From a virus (Duplodnaviria > Caudoviricetes): a stretch of 64,000 nt of DNA. The notes under the pieces are model-generated. The model saw only the letters and a program-made list of their open reading frames with translations, was not told where the DNA came from and made no database searches. Positions 10,359 through 20,167 of this stretch are shown one piece after another. Made by a program: the position numbers and the translations under genes. The DNA lies in IMG/VR virus record IMGVR_UViG_3300033498_000048, positions 96,001 to 160,000 of that record; one strand, 5' to 3'. Position 1 is the first letter of the stretch. Each line of letters starts with the position of its first letter.

Positions 10359-11123
10359 TTATGCTTTTATTGAATTGAAAATCCTGTTAGACATATCCGT
10401 TTTTAGTTTTAGCAGTGCTTCACTATGTTCAATCACAAGAGTTCTAACAGCGTTGGAATGCTCGGCTAAAACATTTTTATAGTTCACATTCGATAAAACA
10501 CATTCCATTTCAGATACAGCAACGGTTGTATTAAAACATTTAAGGTTTTTATCAATAAGGTGTTTCAATACAAGTAAACTTCCACCATCATTTTGCTGTG
10601 ATAAGATGTCAACAACTTTATATAAATTGCTTTTGTGTAAGACTGTATCACCAAGTTCAAATTCAAACTGTTTTGACTTATCTATAACACGAGTCAATTT
10701 GTGATATAGTTCACTTCTAATAACCACATCATCCTTAATACTGATAACCTCATTATCCATAAAAACTTTAGACAATTTTTTATGTTGCACTTCACTGTCA
10801 ATTACACTTCCGATTTTTAACATTAGTATCAATATTGAATCTGGTAAAAATCTATGTCTATTCTGTAATACTGGATCCAATATTCGTACAACCTGTTGCT
10901 GCCTACGTTGTCTTAATTTATTAACCTTATTCCACGCATTTGCAATATTAAATGCTTTGATTTCTGGAAAGTAATTTTCACCAACATAACAACTTAATTG
11001 TACTGGATTGAGATGTTTTGTCAATTGTTGCAATATTCTATCATACAATTCACACAATTGAGTATCAATAAAAGTAATTTGTTGCGTTATTATGTCATCA
11101 TTTTTCATAGTATATATTCCCAT
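10359..11123 (-). CDS. Hypothetical protein
   Basis: 254-aa ORF downstream of a sigma70-like promoter. Confidence 0.6.
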   Translation of the reverse strand: MGIYTMKNDDIITQQITFIDTQLCELYDRILQQLTKHLNPVQLSCYVGENYFPEIKAFNIANAWNKVNKLRQRRQQQVVRILDPVLQNRHRFLPDSILILMLKIGSVIDSEVQHKKLSKVFMDNEVISIKDDVVIRSELYHKLTRVIDKSKQFEFELGDTVLHKSNLYKVVDILSQQNDGGSLLVLKHLIDKNLKCFNTTVAVSEMECVLSNVNYKNVLAEHSNAVRTLVIEHSEALLKLKTDMSNRIFNSIKA

Positions 11124-11137
11124 GTGGTTAATGTGCG

Positions 11138-11167
11138 AATATTATAGCATCCACACAATAATGTCAA
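11138..11167 (-). promoter_or_regulatory. Sigma70-like early promoter
   Basis: TTGACA followed by TATAAT at 15 bp or TAATAT at 17 bp on the minus strand. Confidence 0.5.
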
Positions 11168-11415
11168 CAACTTTCACTAGATGAAATCCACGGACAATTA
11201 ACTTCAGATTCATCTTCACTATAACCAGTTTCATTCCAATTGTGGTCTTGTGGAAATGGTGATGGAATAACAATATCGGAAAACCTATTCATATTTGGGT
11301 GCATAACTACAAATGATACATGATTTTCGGCTGAAATAACTTCACATTCCTGTAATAGTTGTTGAATCAACCTAAGTTTTTCCCCAATTAAAATTCTTGC
11401 GTGTTCTTGTGTCAT
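11164..11415 (-). CDS. Small acidic protein ending W-x-SS-x-x-S-C (paralogue of 42667..42945)
   Basis: LLQECEVISAENHVSF...WISSSESC resembles LLSECESIADEHKVSF...WSASSQSC. Confidence 0.65.
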   Translation of the reverse strand: MTQEHARILIGEKLRLIQQLLQECEVISAENHVSFVVMHPNMNRFSDIVIPSPFPQDHNWNETGYSEDESEVNCPWISSSESC

Positions 11416-11429
11416 ATATTTTACCTACC

Positions 11430-11687
11430 TTAATATCCAATAATATTGAGTAATGCCGATTTAGCGTCCCATTGTTCTTTAAATGTATCAACAACCACCG
11501 TATATGTAGGACCACAATTCAATAAAACTTCCCGTTCGGAATTTGTAAAATGAGTTACAACATTACCCCTAACTCGATAGTGTAAGCCCCTTAGAGAATA
11601 AACACCATCTTTTTTAGTTTTTGCCTTTTCAACTATCAAGTTTCTATTGTTGACATTTAAAATACCATATTCTATCTTGTTTTTCAT
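11430..11687 (-). CDS. Hypothetical protein
   Basis: Fits the minus-strand tiling. Confidence 0.55.
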   Translation of the reverse strand: MKNKIEYGILNVNNRNLIVEKAKTKKDGVYSLRGLHYRVRGNVVTHFTNSEREVLLNCGPTYTVVVDTFKEQWDAKSALLNIIGY

Positions 11688-11725
11688 TTCATTAGTTCTC
11701 CACTCAATGAATGGTAAATGATGAT

Positions 11726-12676
11726 TTACCCAAATGGTTTAATTAAATTGTTTTTTAAACTTGATTTAAACTTATCAACATAATTATCGCTGTATAACTC
11801 TACAACTTCATCATAGTGTTCCCATGCAAATTCACGAAACCACCCACTTGTTATGGACGTACACACCTTTGATATGGCAATCTCAAAAGAGCGTTTACGT
11901 TTAGGTGTATAGTTGTTTGGGATTTGGTGTCGTTCTAATGCTAATACATAAGACTCTTCCAGTACACCTAGGAGCTTCGTTTTGTGTGGCAACACATCAA
12001 ACAATGCCTTATCGCACATAACCTGCTCTCCAGTCTTTAAATAATACAAGTATGCAGGTTTATCTAAATGTTTTACGGACTCGTGGATGTCATCGTGGTC
12101 ATAGATGTATGGAACTTCAGATAGTTTGAAAAAATCATTCTTTCCAACTTTCAAATTAGGGTGATTATACCAATAGGTATCTAATTCCCTTTGTTTGTAC
12201 CAATCTAAATACTTTGAATCAAATTTAGCTCCAAGAGAGCGTAAATATTTAATGTCCCGAATAGTCTTAAGAAATGCAGGAGAGTTTCTCAAATAGCGAT
12301 GACTCATTTTCAACATATACAACACATCTAACGATGGATATATTAGTGAAATATTACCATCATTAACAATGATTGAATTGGAATCATTTATGACCAAATT
12401 AAACAACTCGGTTTGATTTGATTGTGGTAGTATTGGTTCACACTCGATAATCAACCCATCACATAATTTTGTAACCAATTTATCATTGTATTGTTTTTGT
12501 TCCAATACTTCCGAACTTAGTGAATCTACAAACAATTGCAAATCCTTTGTAGCACAAATGACATCTAAATCTTTTGGATGTCTATACATCGAATTGGTCT
12601 GCATATTCAACGCAGCACTTCCAATTATAATCACTTTAATCATATCAAGACCTCCACAATTTATTGGAACACACAA
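11726..12676 (-). CDS. Phage nucleotidyltransferase-like protein (paralogue of 17769..18518)
   Basis: IIGSAAL...PKDLDVI (GS/DxD), LKMSHRY and YDHDDIHE. The real start may be MIKVII. Confidence 0.7.
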   Translation of the reverse strand: MCVPINCGGLDMIKVIIIGSAALNMQTNSMYRHPKDLDVICATKDLQLFVDSLSSEVLEQKQYNDKLVTKLCDGLIIECEPILPQSNQTELFNLVINDSNSIIVNDGNISLIYPSLDVLYMLKMSHRYLRNSPAFLKTIRDIKYLRSLGAKFDSKYLDWYKQRELDTYWYNHPNLKVGKNDFFKLSEVPYIYDHDDIHESVKHLDKPAYLYYLKTGEQVMCDKALFDVLPHKTKLLGVLEESYVLALERHQIPNNYTPKRKRSFEIAISKVCTSITSGWFREFAWEHYDEVVELYSDNYVDKFKSSLKNNLIKPFG

Positions 12677-12706
12677 AAGTATATTCCAACAAATTCAAGT
12701 TACATT

Positions 12707-13138
12707 CTAATTTGTTGGATATGCAAATGTCAACCTTTGATTATTAAGATATTCATTAGCACCATGTTCTGTTTTAAACACACGATTAGCATTGTAACAA
12801 TTTCTATAACCAAACATATTAAAATCACTTGAATGTATTGTTTGGTTATACTTTCCACTCAAATATCTAATAACATAATGATTGTTAATATCACCATATT
12901 TCGGTGATTCAAATTGCAATTGTCCAGCTTTATCGTGTTTATTGTACTGGATAATAATACCATGTTCAACAAATGCCATTGAATCTTTAGTGTTACTTCC
13001 ATTAGGTAAGTGAACTACCCACAGTTCAGCATCAAGTACCAAGTCTGACTCTGCAAACTCGTATGCACTGTGTTCCAATTCAAACTGTGGTAATTGTTTA
13101 AATCTACTAGAATAAACGGCTTGTGGAATAATTGCCAT
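12707..13138 (-). CDS. Hypothetical protein
   Basis: TAATG stop/start coupling with the upstream gene. Confidence 0.6.
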   Translation of the reverse strand: MAIIPQAVYSSRFKQLPQFELEHSAYEFAESDLVLDAELWVVHLPNGSNTKDSMAFVEHGIIIQYNKHDKAGQLQFESPKYGDINNHYVIRYLSGKYNQTIHSSDFNMFGYRNCYNANRVFKTEHGANEYLNNQRLTFAYPTN

Positions 13139-13323
13139 TACTCGACCTTTTCAGGTGTAATGCCAGCAACTTTTAGAATCTTGCGTATAATTTTACGCAT
13201 TGAGCCAACCATTTTAACTTCCCATTCAATACCGTTAAATTCTAAAAATCGCCATTCCCCATCGTTTTTGTTATCTGGATTATCAATACCATAATCTTGA
13301 TATTTTACTAAAAGCTTACTCAT
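13138..13323 (-). CDS. Hypothetical protein (start moved to MSKLL)
   Basis: RBS AAGGA precedes the ATG at 13323, and a promoter lies within the longer called ORF. Confidence 0.55.
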   Translation of the reverse strand: MSKLLVKYQDYGIDNPDNKNDGEWRFLEFNGIEWEVKMVGSMRKIIRKILKVAGITPEKVE

Positions 13324-13357
13324 GTTATTCCTTAAATGTTTAAAAATTAAAAAACGT

Positions 13358-13386
13358 ATTATATACAACTAAAATTGTATAGTCAA
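13358..13386 (-). promoter_or_regulatory. Sigma70-like early promoter
   Basis: TTGACT-17 bp-TATAAT. Confidence 0.7.
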
Positions 13387-13389
13387 CTC

Positions 13390-13602
13390 TTACAGCTCAA
13401 TATCCACAACTTCTGACTTTGGATAAAAACCTATTTCTGGACAATTACCTTCCCTTGGAAAAATCACAGCTATGAGTTTATTTTTACTCCCAACACTATG
13501 AAAATATCCCAATCGTTCAATTCCATATCGTTTCACAATAACCTGCTTCATTGTATTAAAGTCGTCTTTATGTGAACCAACCATTTTAACTCCACAACTC
13601 AT
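13390..13602 (-). CDS. Hypothetical protein
   Basis: Fits the minus-strand tiling. Confidence 0.5.
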   Translation of the reverse strand: MSCGVKMVGSHKDDFNTMKQVIVKRYGIERLGYFHSVGSKNKLIAVIFPREGNCPEIGFYPKSEVVDIEL

Positions 13603-13635
13603 AATATTTGATTGAATATGTACTCGATTTCCACT

Positions 13636-14079
13636 TTAAATATGTTGTTTTACGAATTTAGATACAATTGACATATCTGCCTTTCCAGCAAATGTAGTTT
13701 TTAACTCAGACATCAATTTACCCATTTCTTGTTTGGAATTAATACCCAATTCAGCAATTTTCTGAATGACTATAGTTTCAACTTCAGCATCAGTTAATTG
13801 GACTGGCAAAAAATCACGAATCATAGTTATTTCATATTCTTCAATATCAGCTAAATCCATTCGATTTGCGTCCGTGTAAATTCGCAAGCTTTCTTGACGT
13901 TGTTTAACCATCTTAGATAAAATTGCCAACACTGCTGTATCATCTAAATCTGTTCTGGTATCAACCTCGACTTGCTTGATTGCAGCAGAAATTAAACGCA
14001 ATACCCCCAATAAACTCTTGTTTTTTGACTTCATTGCTGATTTAATTTCACCCAACAATTTATTTTTAATTGTACTCAT
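13636..14079 (-). CDS. yqeY: GatB/YqeY domain protein
   Basis: IKSAMKSK...LRLISAAIKQ.E, SKMVKQRQES, FLPVQLT and MGKLM...GKAD. Confidence 0.92.
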   Translation of the reverse strand: MSTIKNKLLGEIKSAMKSKNKSLLGVLRLISAAIKQVEVDTRTDLDDTAVLAILSKMVKQRQESLRIYTDANRMDLADIEEYEITMIRDFLPVQLTDAEVETIVIQKIAELGINSKQEMGKLMSELKTTFAGKADMSIVSKFVKQHI

Positions 14080-14315
14080 TTCTGTTCCCTAATTAATTTT
14101 AATAAATTCACAATCTCATTGGTAACATCAAACCCTCCTATGTTTGTTGAGTTTGATGTTGTACTTTGAATAGGTTTTACAATTGATACGATTGGTTCGT
14201 TGTTTTGTGGATTAATATGTGAACTGATTATGAATCCAGCATCCATAATCACACAAACTTCATCTGGGAGTAACCCAAGGTTAGTTGCAATAGATGTTAA
14301 TTGTACATCGTTCAC
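14076..14315 (-). CDS. Hypothetical protein
   Basis: ATGA overlaps on both sides. Confidence 0.55.
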   Translation of the reverse strand: MNDVQLTSIATNLGLLPDEVCVIMDAGFIISSHINPQNNEPIVSIVKPIQSTTSNSTNIGGFDVTNEIVNLLKLIREQK

Positions 14316-14779
14316 AATCTCATTCCAAAGACTAAAAAAGTTTGTTTTAGGTGTCCCATCAACCGTTTAGTGATAAAAATTTTATCGAAAGAGAAAAATG
14401 TGTCATGTTCAATATCCCACCACAAATCACAATCATTCCATTTAAAATTATCTGATTCAATGTCAAATTTAATCCACCCTTTAGTAGTCAATATACCACT
14501 ACGCAAATCCACAAGGTGTTTTAGATATTCTTCTAATTTACCATATGGTAAGGTTGATAATATCCACAAACTTTTATCATTCTTAGTTATGGTTGAATGC
14601 TTAACAATAGCCACATCATTAAAATGACAATACATAGAAATTAGAGCTTTACGTCTAGCTCCAAACTCAAACTCGGCTGCTCCCATATCCGTATAAGATA
14701 CAGCCTCGAATATTGATTTACCAACATTATCATTTAATGGACGCTTAATCAGTGCCGATTGGACTAAATATGGTTTCAT
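14312..14779 (-). CDS. Conserved phage hypothetical protein
   Basis: DMGAAEFEFG motif and C-terminal DLWWDI. Confidence 0.65.
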   Translation of the reverse strand: MKPYLVQSALIKRPLNDNVGKSIFEAVSYTDMGAAEFEFGARRKALISMYCHFNDVAIVKHSTITKNDKSLWILSTLPYGKLEEYLKHLVDLRSGILTTKGWIKFDIESDNFKWNDCDLWWDIEHDTFFSFDKIFITKRLMGHLKQTFLVFGMRL

Positions 14780-14796
14780 AATATGTTACACTTTGA

Positions 14797-15015
14797 TTAA
14801 TTATTGTTTCTATCATTCCGATTTGACAAATCAGAATAGCGATTTTTTTGAACCTTAACTGATTGTGTTTTTTTTGACTTTAAGAGATGTTCCCATTTTT
14901 TTATATACTGGGTTGACTTAAAATTGTCTTCATATACATCAAACTCTGGAATGGGCGCACCGACTTCAACTAAGGAGTCGATTATTTTGCTTTTATTGTT
15001 TTTACTCATATTCAC
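14797..15015 (-). CDS. Hypothetical protein
   Basis: Lies downstream of the promoter at 15042-15070. Confidence 0.5.
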   Translation of the reverse strand: MNMSKNNKSKIIDSLVEVGAPIPEFDVYEDNFKSTQYIKKWEHLLKSKKTQSVKVQKNRYSDLSNRNDRNNN

Positions 15016-15041
15016 ATTGTATTACTGGTTTCGATTTACAC

Positions 15042-15070
15042 ATATTACATTATTGAAATTTAGATGTCAA
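15042..15070 (-). promoter_or_regulatory. Sigma70-like early promoter
   Basis: TTGACA-17 bp-TAATAT. Confidence 0.55.
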
Positions 15071-15597
15071 TAAGAAACTTTACCACCTTTGGATTTTGTC
15101 TTTGATATTGATTGCCCATCAAAAAATAAGCCATCACCTTCCCATTGGTCGTGTTTCCACCCACCTGAATACCATGTACCATCAGCATAATCTAACCGAC
15201 CATTTCCAGACTTCTCCCCTGTTTTCCACTCACCAATATATACGGAATTATCCGTGTGTACCATTTGCCCTGTTCCATCTGGAAGTAAATCTTTAAACCT
15301 GCCAACATACAATTCACCAGTTGGGTAATTTAAAGTTCCCTCACTTATCAGCCAATTCTTAAACTGACCAGTAAGTGTATGTCCACTCGAAAGCACAACA
15401 GAATTTTTATTTCCATTGAATGAACCGTTTACAAACTTACCTTTAAAAATATCACCATCTTCTGAAAAATATGTACCAGTTCCATTATAGCAATTTCCAG
15501 CAGTACATTTCCCAACAACCCCATTCGCAGCAGCATTAGTTGACATTGCCATTAACCCCATAATAATTATTGCTTTATACATTATTCGATTCTCCAA
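15067..15597 (-). CDS. Exported MORN-repeat protein
   Basis: Signal peptide followed by YxGxFxxGxxxGxG repeats (YVGRFKDLLPDGTG, YIGEWKTGEKSGNG, YSGGWKHDQWEGDG). Confidence 0.85.
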   Translation of the reverse strand: MENRIMYKAIIIMGLMAMSTNAAANGVVGKCTAGNCYNGTGTYFSEDGDIFKGKFVNGSFNGNKNSVVLSSGHTLTGQFKNWLISEGTLNYPTGELYVGRFKDLLPDGTGQMVHTDNSVYIGEWKTGEKSGNGRLDYADGTWYSGGWKHDQWEGDGLFFDGQSISKTKSKGGKVSY

Positions 15598-15769
15598 TTA
15601 TTTGATTTGAATTTAAAAATTCACTAGCATCGAAAGCAAACCTTCTATCAATTTGACTTCCGATTATGTATTGTGCCACTGTACATCCAACTGCATTTTT
15701 TAATTGTTCATTGGACAAATCAATACCCAATTTGGCGAGTTCAATTAAAAATTCTTCTATTACATTCAT
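15575..15769 (-). CDS. Hypothetical protein
   Basis: Fits the minus-strand tiling. Confidence 0.5.
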   Translation of the reverse strand: MNVIEEFLIELAKLGIDLSNEQLKNAVGCTVAQYIIGSQIDRRFAFDASEFLNSNQIIGESNNV

Positions 15770-15778
15770 TCATTATCC

Positions 15779-16480
15779 CTATAGTTTAATTATGTTTAAT
15801 GGTTTACCTGAAATTGCTCCAGAATCTATGAAAACGCAATTTCCATAAACTATTGGAGTACCGTGTGGAGTTATACTGTGTCCAAAGTAGACCTTGTGTA
15901 TATTGTCAATTATTACTGGAACAGGATTATAATATGACCGTTCAAACAAATATCTACCCCATAAACAATTTTGTTGAAAATCATAGTCAATAAAACCATC
16001 TTGATAAAGTGTGTTCCAATCTATTAAATCTTTTAAATCTCCGTGTACAATACCAATTAATCCACTTTGAGTCTCAACCTCAATTATTAATGGCATCTTA
16101 TTGTGTATTAAATTTACGATGTATTGTTTCACTGTACCATCTAATAATGCGAACCAATATGCACCATTCGCAATATGGATATTATATAAAGTAGCATCAG
16201 TTGGAGCAAAGGAAAGCATAAACTCGTGATTCCCCACTACCGAATGAAACCAGTCCTGTTCTAACAATTTGATTACATCAATTGAATCTGGACCCCTATC
16301 AACTAAATCTCCCGTACAAAACAACCTATCTACATCTTGATTAAACTTCAATTCATGTAATTGTTTATTCAATTGGTCTAAACATCCATGTATATCACCA
16401 ACAACATAATCTGACCCAATAGTGTTTAATTGGAATCGTTGTATTGATAAATTAGTAACTAAACCGTTTGATTGTTCCAT
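15779..16480 (-). CDS. Serine/threonine protein phosphatase (lambda NinI/PphA-like metallophosphoesterase)
   Basis: GDIHG, GDLVDRGP, GNHE, FGHS and IDSGA. Confidence 0.92.
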   Translation of the reverse strand: MEQSNGLVTNLSIQRFQLNTIGSDYVVGDIHGCLDQLNKQLHELKFNQDVDRLFCTGDLVDRGPDSIDVIKLLEQDWFHSVVGNHEFMLSFAPTDATLYNIHIANGAYWFALLDGTVKQYIVNLIHNKMPLIIEVETQSGLIGIVHGDLKDLIDWNTLYQDGFIDYDFQQNCLWGRYLFERSYYNPVPVIIDNIHKVYFGHSITPHGTPIVYGNCVFIDSGAISGKPLNIIKL

Positions 16481-17285
16481 TTGATAATCCCTTACTAAGT
16501 GATATTGATTTGATATGTCCCATTGCTAATGTTGAACCCCATTTAGCACAAATCCAGTCAAGTATATTATCAGAATCAATGGAAACTATGTTATACATAG
16601 CTTTGCTAATAGACAATTCAAAATTTTTAAATGTCAATTTAATAACACCATCAGAATCACTTTTAATATCATTTCCATTAATAAATATTACATCTTGTAA
16701 ATATTTACCAATACTATTAAATGATTCTATTCCACGTTGACAATCAAAGCAATCTGATTTAAATAGTGTATCATGTTCAACTTCAATCCAACCATAATAC
16801 CCATTAATGTTAGATTCACTTACAGTAATATGCCTAAACTTGTGGAAATAATTACTACCATTTACCAACATATTTTCAGTAAGTTTGACTTCTATTGATA
16901 GTCCATATTGTTGGACATTATTCCAGACAAATTGTTGGATTGCACGTTGCATGGTTTCAATTACCGAACCAATATAATTACATTCAACTATATTAATATA
17001 TCCCTTAAGTGCTTCCAATTCAAAACTATCTGCCCTCAATGCACGTTTATCTGGTGTATTAAGAACAATCATACACTTGCTATACGATGGAATAATCAAA
17101 AGTTTATTGGCAAACTCACGGTCAATCAATTCTGTGATGGTTGATTTAATGTGATTAAAGTCTTCTAAATTCCCTGTTATTACAACCGATAGTTTATAAC
17201 TACCTCCAACCAATGTTCCAGAATCATTGACAATCGTGTGGTCAATATCACATAGGTTGTTGAAAAATCCTGTTTTTTTATCCAT
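16452..17285 (-). CDS. Divergent 6-pyruvoyl-tetrahydropterin synthase/QueD-like protein
   Basis: FFNNLCDIDHTIV...GGSYKLSVVITG...DF..IK..I...ID..FANKL resembles phage tandem-domain PTPS-family proteins. Confidence 0.5.
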   Translation of the reverse strand: MDKKTGFFNNLCDIDHTIVNDSGTLVGGSYKLSVVITGNLEDFNHIKSTITELIDREFANKLLIIPSYSKCMIVLNTPDKRALRADSFELEALKGYINIVECNYIGSVIETMQRAIQQFVWNNVQQYGLSIEVKLTENMLVNGSNYFHKFRHITVSESNINGYYGWIEVEHDTLFKSDCFDCQRGIESFNSIGKYLQDVIFINGNDIKSDSDGVIKLTFKNFELSISKAMYNIVSIDSDNILDWICAKWGSTLAMGHIKSISLSKGLSNGTIKRFSY

Positions 17286-17649
17286 TATTCACACTTTCAT
17301 ACCATGTTACAACTCGTGTTTCAGATTTTTCAATAACCATCTCAGGTTCTTGATTCCATTCAACACCATTCCAAGAATCATAATCTCCAGTCCATCGAAT
17401 AATAACACTATCTGTCGGACTATCAAATCTTGATATTTTTACAGTGTAATACCAATATTCATCTTCTCTATCATCTTCCAATACGTCAATACACAATTTG
17501 TATTTTGAGTCTTCAAATATTGCCTGTTCAAAATGTTCTGGCTTTTCCCTTGGTACTTCATAATCACACAAGCTATTAATCCAATCCCAAAACTCAGCCA
17601 TTGTCAATTCGTTTAATTTCTTCATTTTATTACTCCTCCGCACTTTCAT
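17278..17649 (-). CDS. Acidic hypothetical protein
   Basis: C-terminal GDYDSWNG.EW..EPE.V motif of a kind seen in large-phage hypotheticals. The likely start is MKKLNE. Confidence 0.6.
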   Translation of the reverse strand: MKVRRSNKMKKLNELTMAEFWDWINSLCDYEVPREKPEHFEQAIFEDSKYKLCIDVLEDDREDEYWYYTVKISRFDSPTDSVIIRWTGDYDSWNGVEWNQEPEMVIEKSETRVVTWYESVNNG

Positions 17650-17768
17650 ACGATGTTATATTAATTGTTTTTGTTACAAGCTTTTCATTAACTATATGTG
17701 ATTCTGGACACTGATTGGTGTCTAAAACATTGACATTCCCAATCCATTAAAAGTATTTCAACATCTTA

Positions 17769-18518
17769 TTACTCCACAAATTTGCGAGTGTTAATTACAC
17801 ACTCTATAAAATGTGTATTATCGTACTTTATTAAAGTTTCAAAATTGATGATTAAAAATCTATTAAACCAACCCCATGTGGACGATGTAATTAAAGTCTT
17901 TAGTGCTAGATATTTCGCGCGATTTATCCCAACAACTTTCTTTGGAATTAGAAATCGCTCTAACATAAACACAAATACTTCTTCCATTGCACATTTAATC
18001 CTATCATCAAAGGACATTGAATTGAATAATTGCTCACTGCATAATGGACTATTTAAGTCTTTCCTGATTTTATGGTTTAAAGGTTGGTTATAGAATTTAA
18101 CCATTTCATGTAAATAATCATGGTCATAAATCCTATCTACATTAGTAGTAAAAAAGCTTGAATTTTGTACATTCAACTTTATGTGTGATTTTGTTCCATG
18201 TATTTGCTGCCAATCAAGGATTAATAGATTGTACAAATCAATATCAATAACACATTCTTTAGATTTCAAAAACACAATATCTTTTAATGTTTTGTCCCAA
18301 TTAATATCCCACGCTGCATGGGATATTTTTATTGTATATAACAAATCTGGATCCACATAAACATCGTCTGAATTGTGTTCAAATATATACGAAAATGCTG
18401 GAGTATAATGACAATCACATCCAATAACCTTATCTGCTGATATTAAATCAACATCATTAGGTATTCGTTTATAGTCTGGAAAATGGTGTTTGATTGCACA
18501 TGAGCCATATATTAACAT
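17769..18518 (-). CDS. Phage nucleotidyltransferase-like protein (paralogue of 11726..12676)
   Basis: IYGSCAI...PNDVDLI, IKISHAAW and YDHDYLHE. Confidence 0.7.
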   Translation of the reverse strand: MLIYGSCAIKHHFPDYKRIPNDVDLISADKVIGCDCHYTPAFSYIFEHNSDDVYVDPDLLYTIKISHAAWDINWDKTLKDIVFLKSKECVIDIDLYNLLILDWQQIHGTKSHIKLNVQNSSFFTTNVDRIYDHDYLHEMVKFYNQPLNHKIRKDLNSPLCSEQLFNSMSFDDRIKCAMEEVFVFMLERFLIPKKVVGINRAKYLALKTLITSSTWGWFNRFLIINFETLIKYDNTHFIECVINTRKFVE

Positions 18519-18522
18519 GATT

Positions 18523-19524
18523 TTAAAAATGTATTTTAGATAGTGGAGTTCCCTTGTTATATCTATTAGTTACTGGTTTAATATTACACAATTTAGTAAC
18601 ACATGGATATAATGTAATATCGTTTTCTATTAGATATGATTGTGTAATATCAATTGCGTCCAACATAAACTTACTTCTTGTTGTTATTAGCAATTGACTT
18701 CCAGAAGTATTAGCATATTGTAAATATTCAAATGCCAATTCAAATAGAAAGTCCGAATTAATGTTTGCTTCTGGTGTATCAATAACAATCATTGATTTGT
18801 TTTTTAAATCAAGGACTAGCATATTGAAAAATAGGTTTAATTCCCCAATTGACATATATTTTAAAATCCTATCAAAATGATAATCAATAGGATACATCAA
18901 CATATAATCAAACTTATCACTAAGCTGTGTGCATAATTGTTTAAAGTTTTTTTCTGTGATTAAACTAGAATCAAATTTTGATGTGTCTATGATTTGTATT
19001 CCAAGTAAAAATTGTCTAATAGACCCAATAGTATCTAATGAATCGTTAATATTAAACTTCAATGCCAAATCATCAAATGGATATGGATTGGTGTTAAACA
19101 CTGGAGCGTATGAATAGTTAATCATATCAAATTCATTTACAATAAACTCGATTCCACTAAATGAGTGATATAGAATATAATACGATTTTCCATTGATATT
19201 ACAACCAATAGATTCTTCACGAATAAATACTCCATTTTTAGTGTCAAACCCTATATCTAATTGATAAGATATTAAGTTATCAAATACCAAGTCAAATCTA
19301 ATGAATTGATTATTTCCAAACACATCTTCAATACCACCTCGTTTTGAAATTGCTGTTTTTAAATCTGTAACCAAACAGTCTTGGATAAACGCAATTGTAT
19401 CAATCAATCTCGTTTTGCCTGTTCCGTGTATTCCATACACAAAACTAAGATTATGTGGAATGTCCTTAAGTATCAGTTCACCTAATCCTTTATAGTTTTG
19501 AATTTTTATGTGTTTTAGTTTCAT
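18523..19524 (-). CDS. ABC/SMC-type ATPase (AAA_15/AAA_21-like) with degenerate motifs
   Basis: IKIQNYKGL start and Walker A GIHGTGKT. Walker B reads IVIDTPE and the H-loop reads LITTRS. Confidence 0.75.
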   Translation of the reverse strand: MKLKHIKIQNYKGLGELILKDIPHNLSFVYGIHGTGKTRLIDTIAFIQDCLVTDLKTAISKRGGIEDVFGNNQFIRFDLVFDNLISYQLDIGFDTKNGVFIREESIGCNINGKSYYILYHSFSGIEFIVNEFDMINYSYAPVFNTNPYPFDDLALKFNINDSLDTIGSIRQFLLGIQIIDTSKFDSSLITEKNFKQLCTQLSDKFDYMLMYPIDYHFDRILKYMSIGELNLFFNMLVLDLKNKSMIVIDTPEANINSDFLFELAFEYLQYANTSGSQLLITTRSKFMLDAIDITQSYLIENDITLYPCVTKLCNIKPVTNRYNKGTPLSKIHF

Positions 19525-19745
19525 TTTTTGGAACTGTCCAATTTATTTTTTTCATTCGTTAAATCGTTTCAATGATATACCTCATTAAAACCTTTACCCA
19601 TAAGAATAGCACTTTGCTGCAAATTTAATTGCAAAAGACAAAGCTTCTTCATTTTCTTTAAAAGCTTTGTAAAGAGGTGACTCTAATTTTTTTAACTTTA
19701 TTATCAATAGTTAGTCGATTAAGGACAATTGGTCTTTTTCGTTCT

Positions 19746-19928
19746 TCATAATATATCATTCCTATATTTATTTGTAAACTCAACCAAAGCTTCACTTGGA
19801 TTAAAATAATTCGTCACAAACTTTAAACTATCAACGGATGCTCTTCCATCTACAACACCTTGCCAATAAAAGGATTCCATATCTGATTTAGTGTATAGTC
19901 CAAAATACCTTAGTATTCTTTTCAGCAT
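19746..19928 (-). CDS. Hypothetical protein
   Basis: TAATG coupling with the upstream gene. Confidence 0.5.
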   Translation of the reverse strand: MLKRILRYFGLYTKSDMESFYWQGVVDGRASVDSLKFVTNYFNPSEALVEFTNKYRNDIL

Positions 19929-20167
19929 TAATTTTTAATCCTAATTGATATAGTTGATATAGTACCAAAATAAGTGATTTCACATTCAGCGATAACCATT
20001 CCAGCTAACGTGTCTTTAATGTCATTAACAATAGCAGCTATATTAGCCTGTATGCAGTGAATTAACAATACTTCATTAATTGTACGGTCAAGTGAAACTG
20101 TTGTTCCAGGGTATTTAACAGTTAATTCCAACAACTTACTTTTTATTAACATTGATTCAATATTCAT
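19928..20167 (-). CDS. Hypothetical protein
   Basis: Abuts def. Confidence 0.5.
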   Translation of the reverse strand: MNIESMLIKSKLLELTVKYPGTTVSLDRTINEVLLIHCIQANIAAIVNDIKDTLAGMVIAECEITYFGTISTISIRIKN

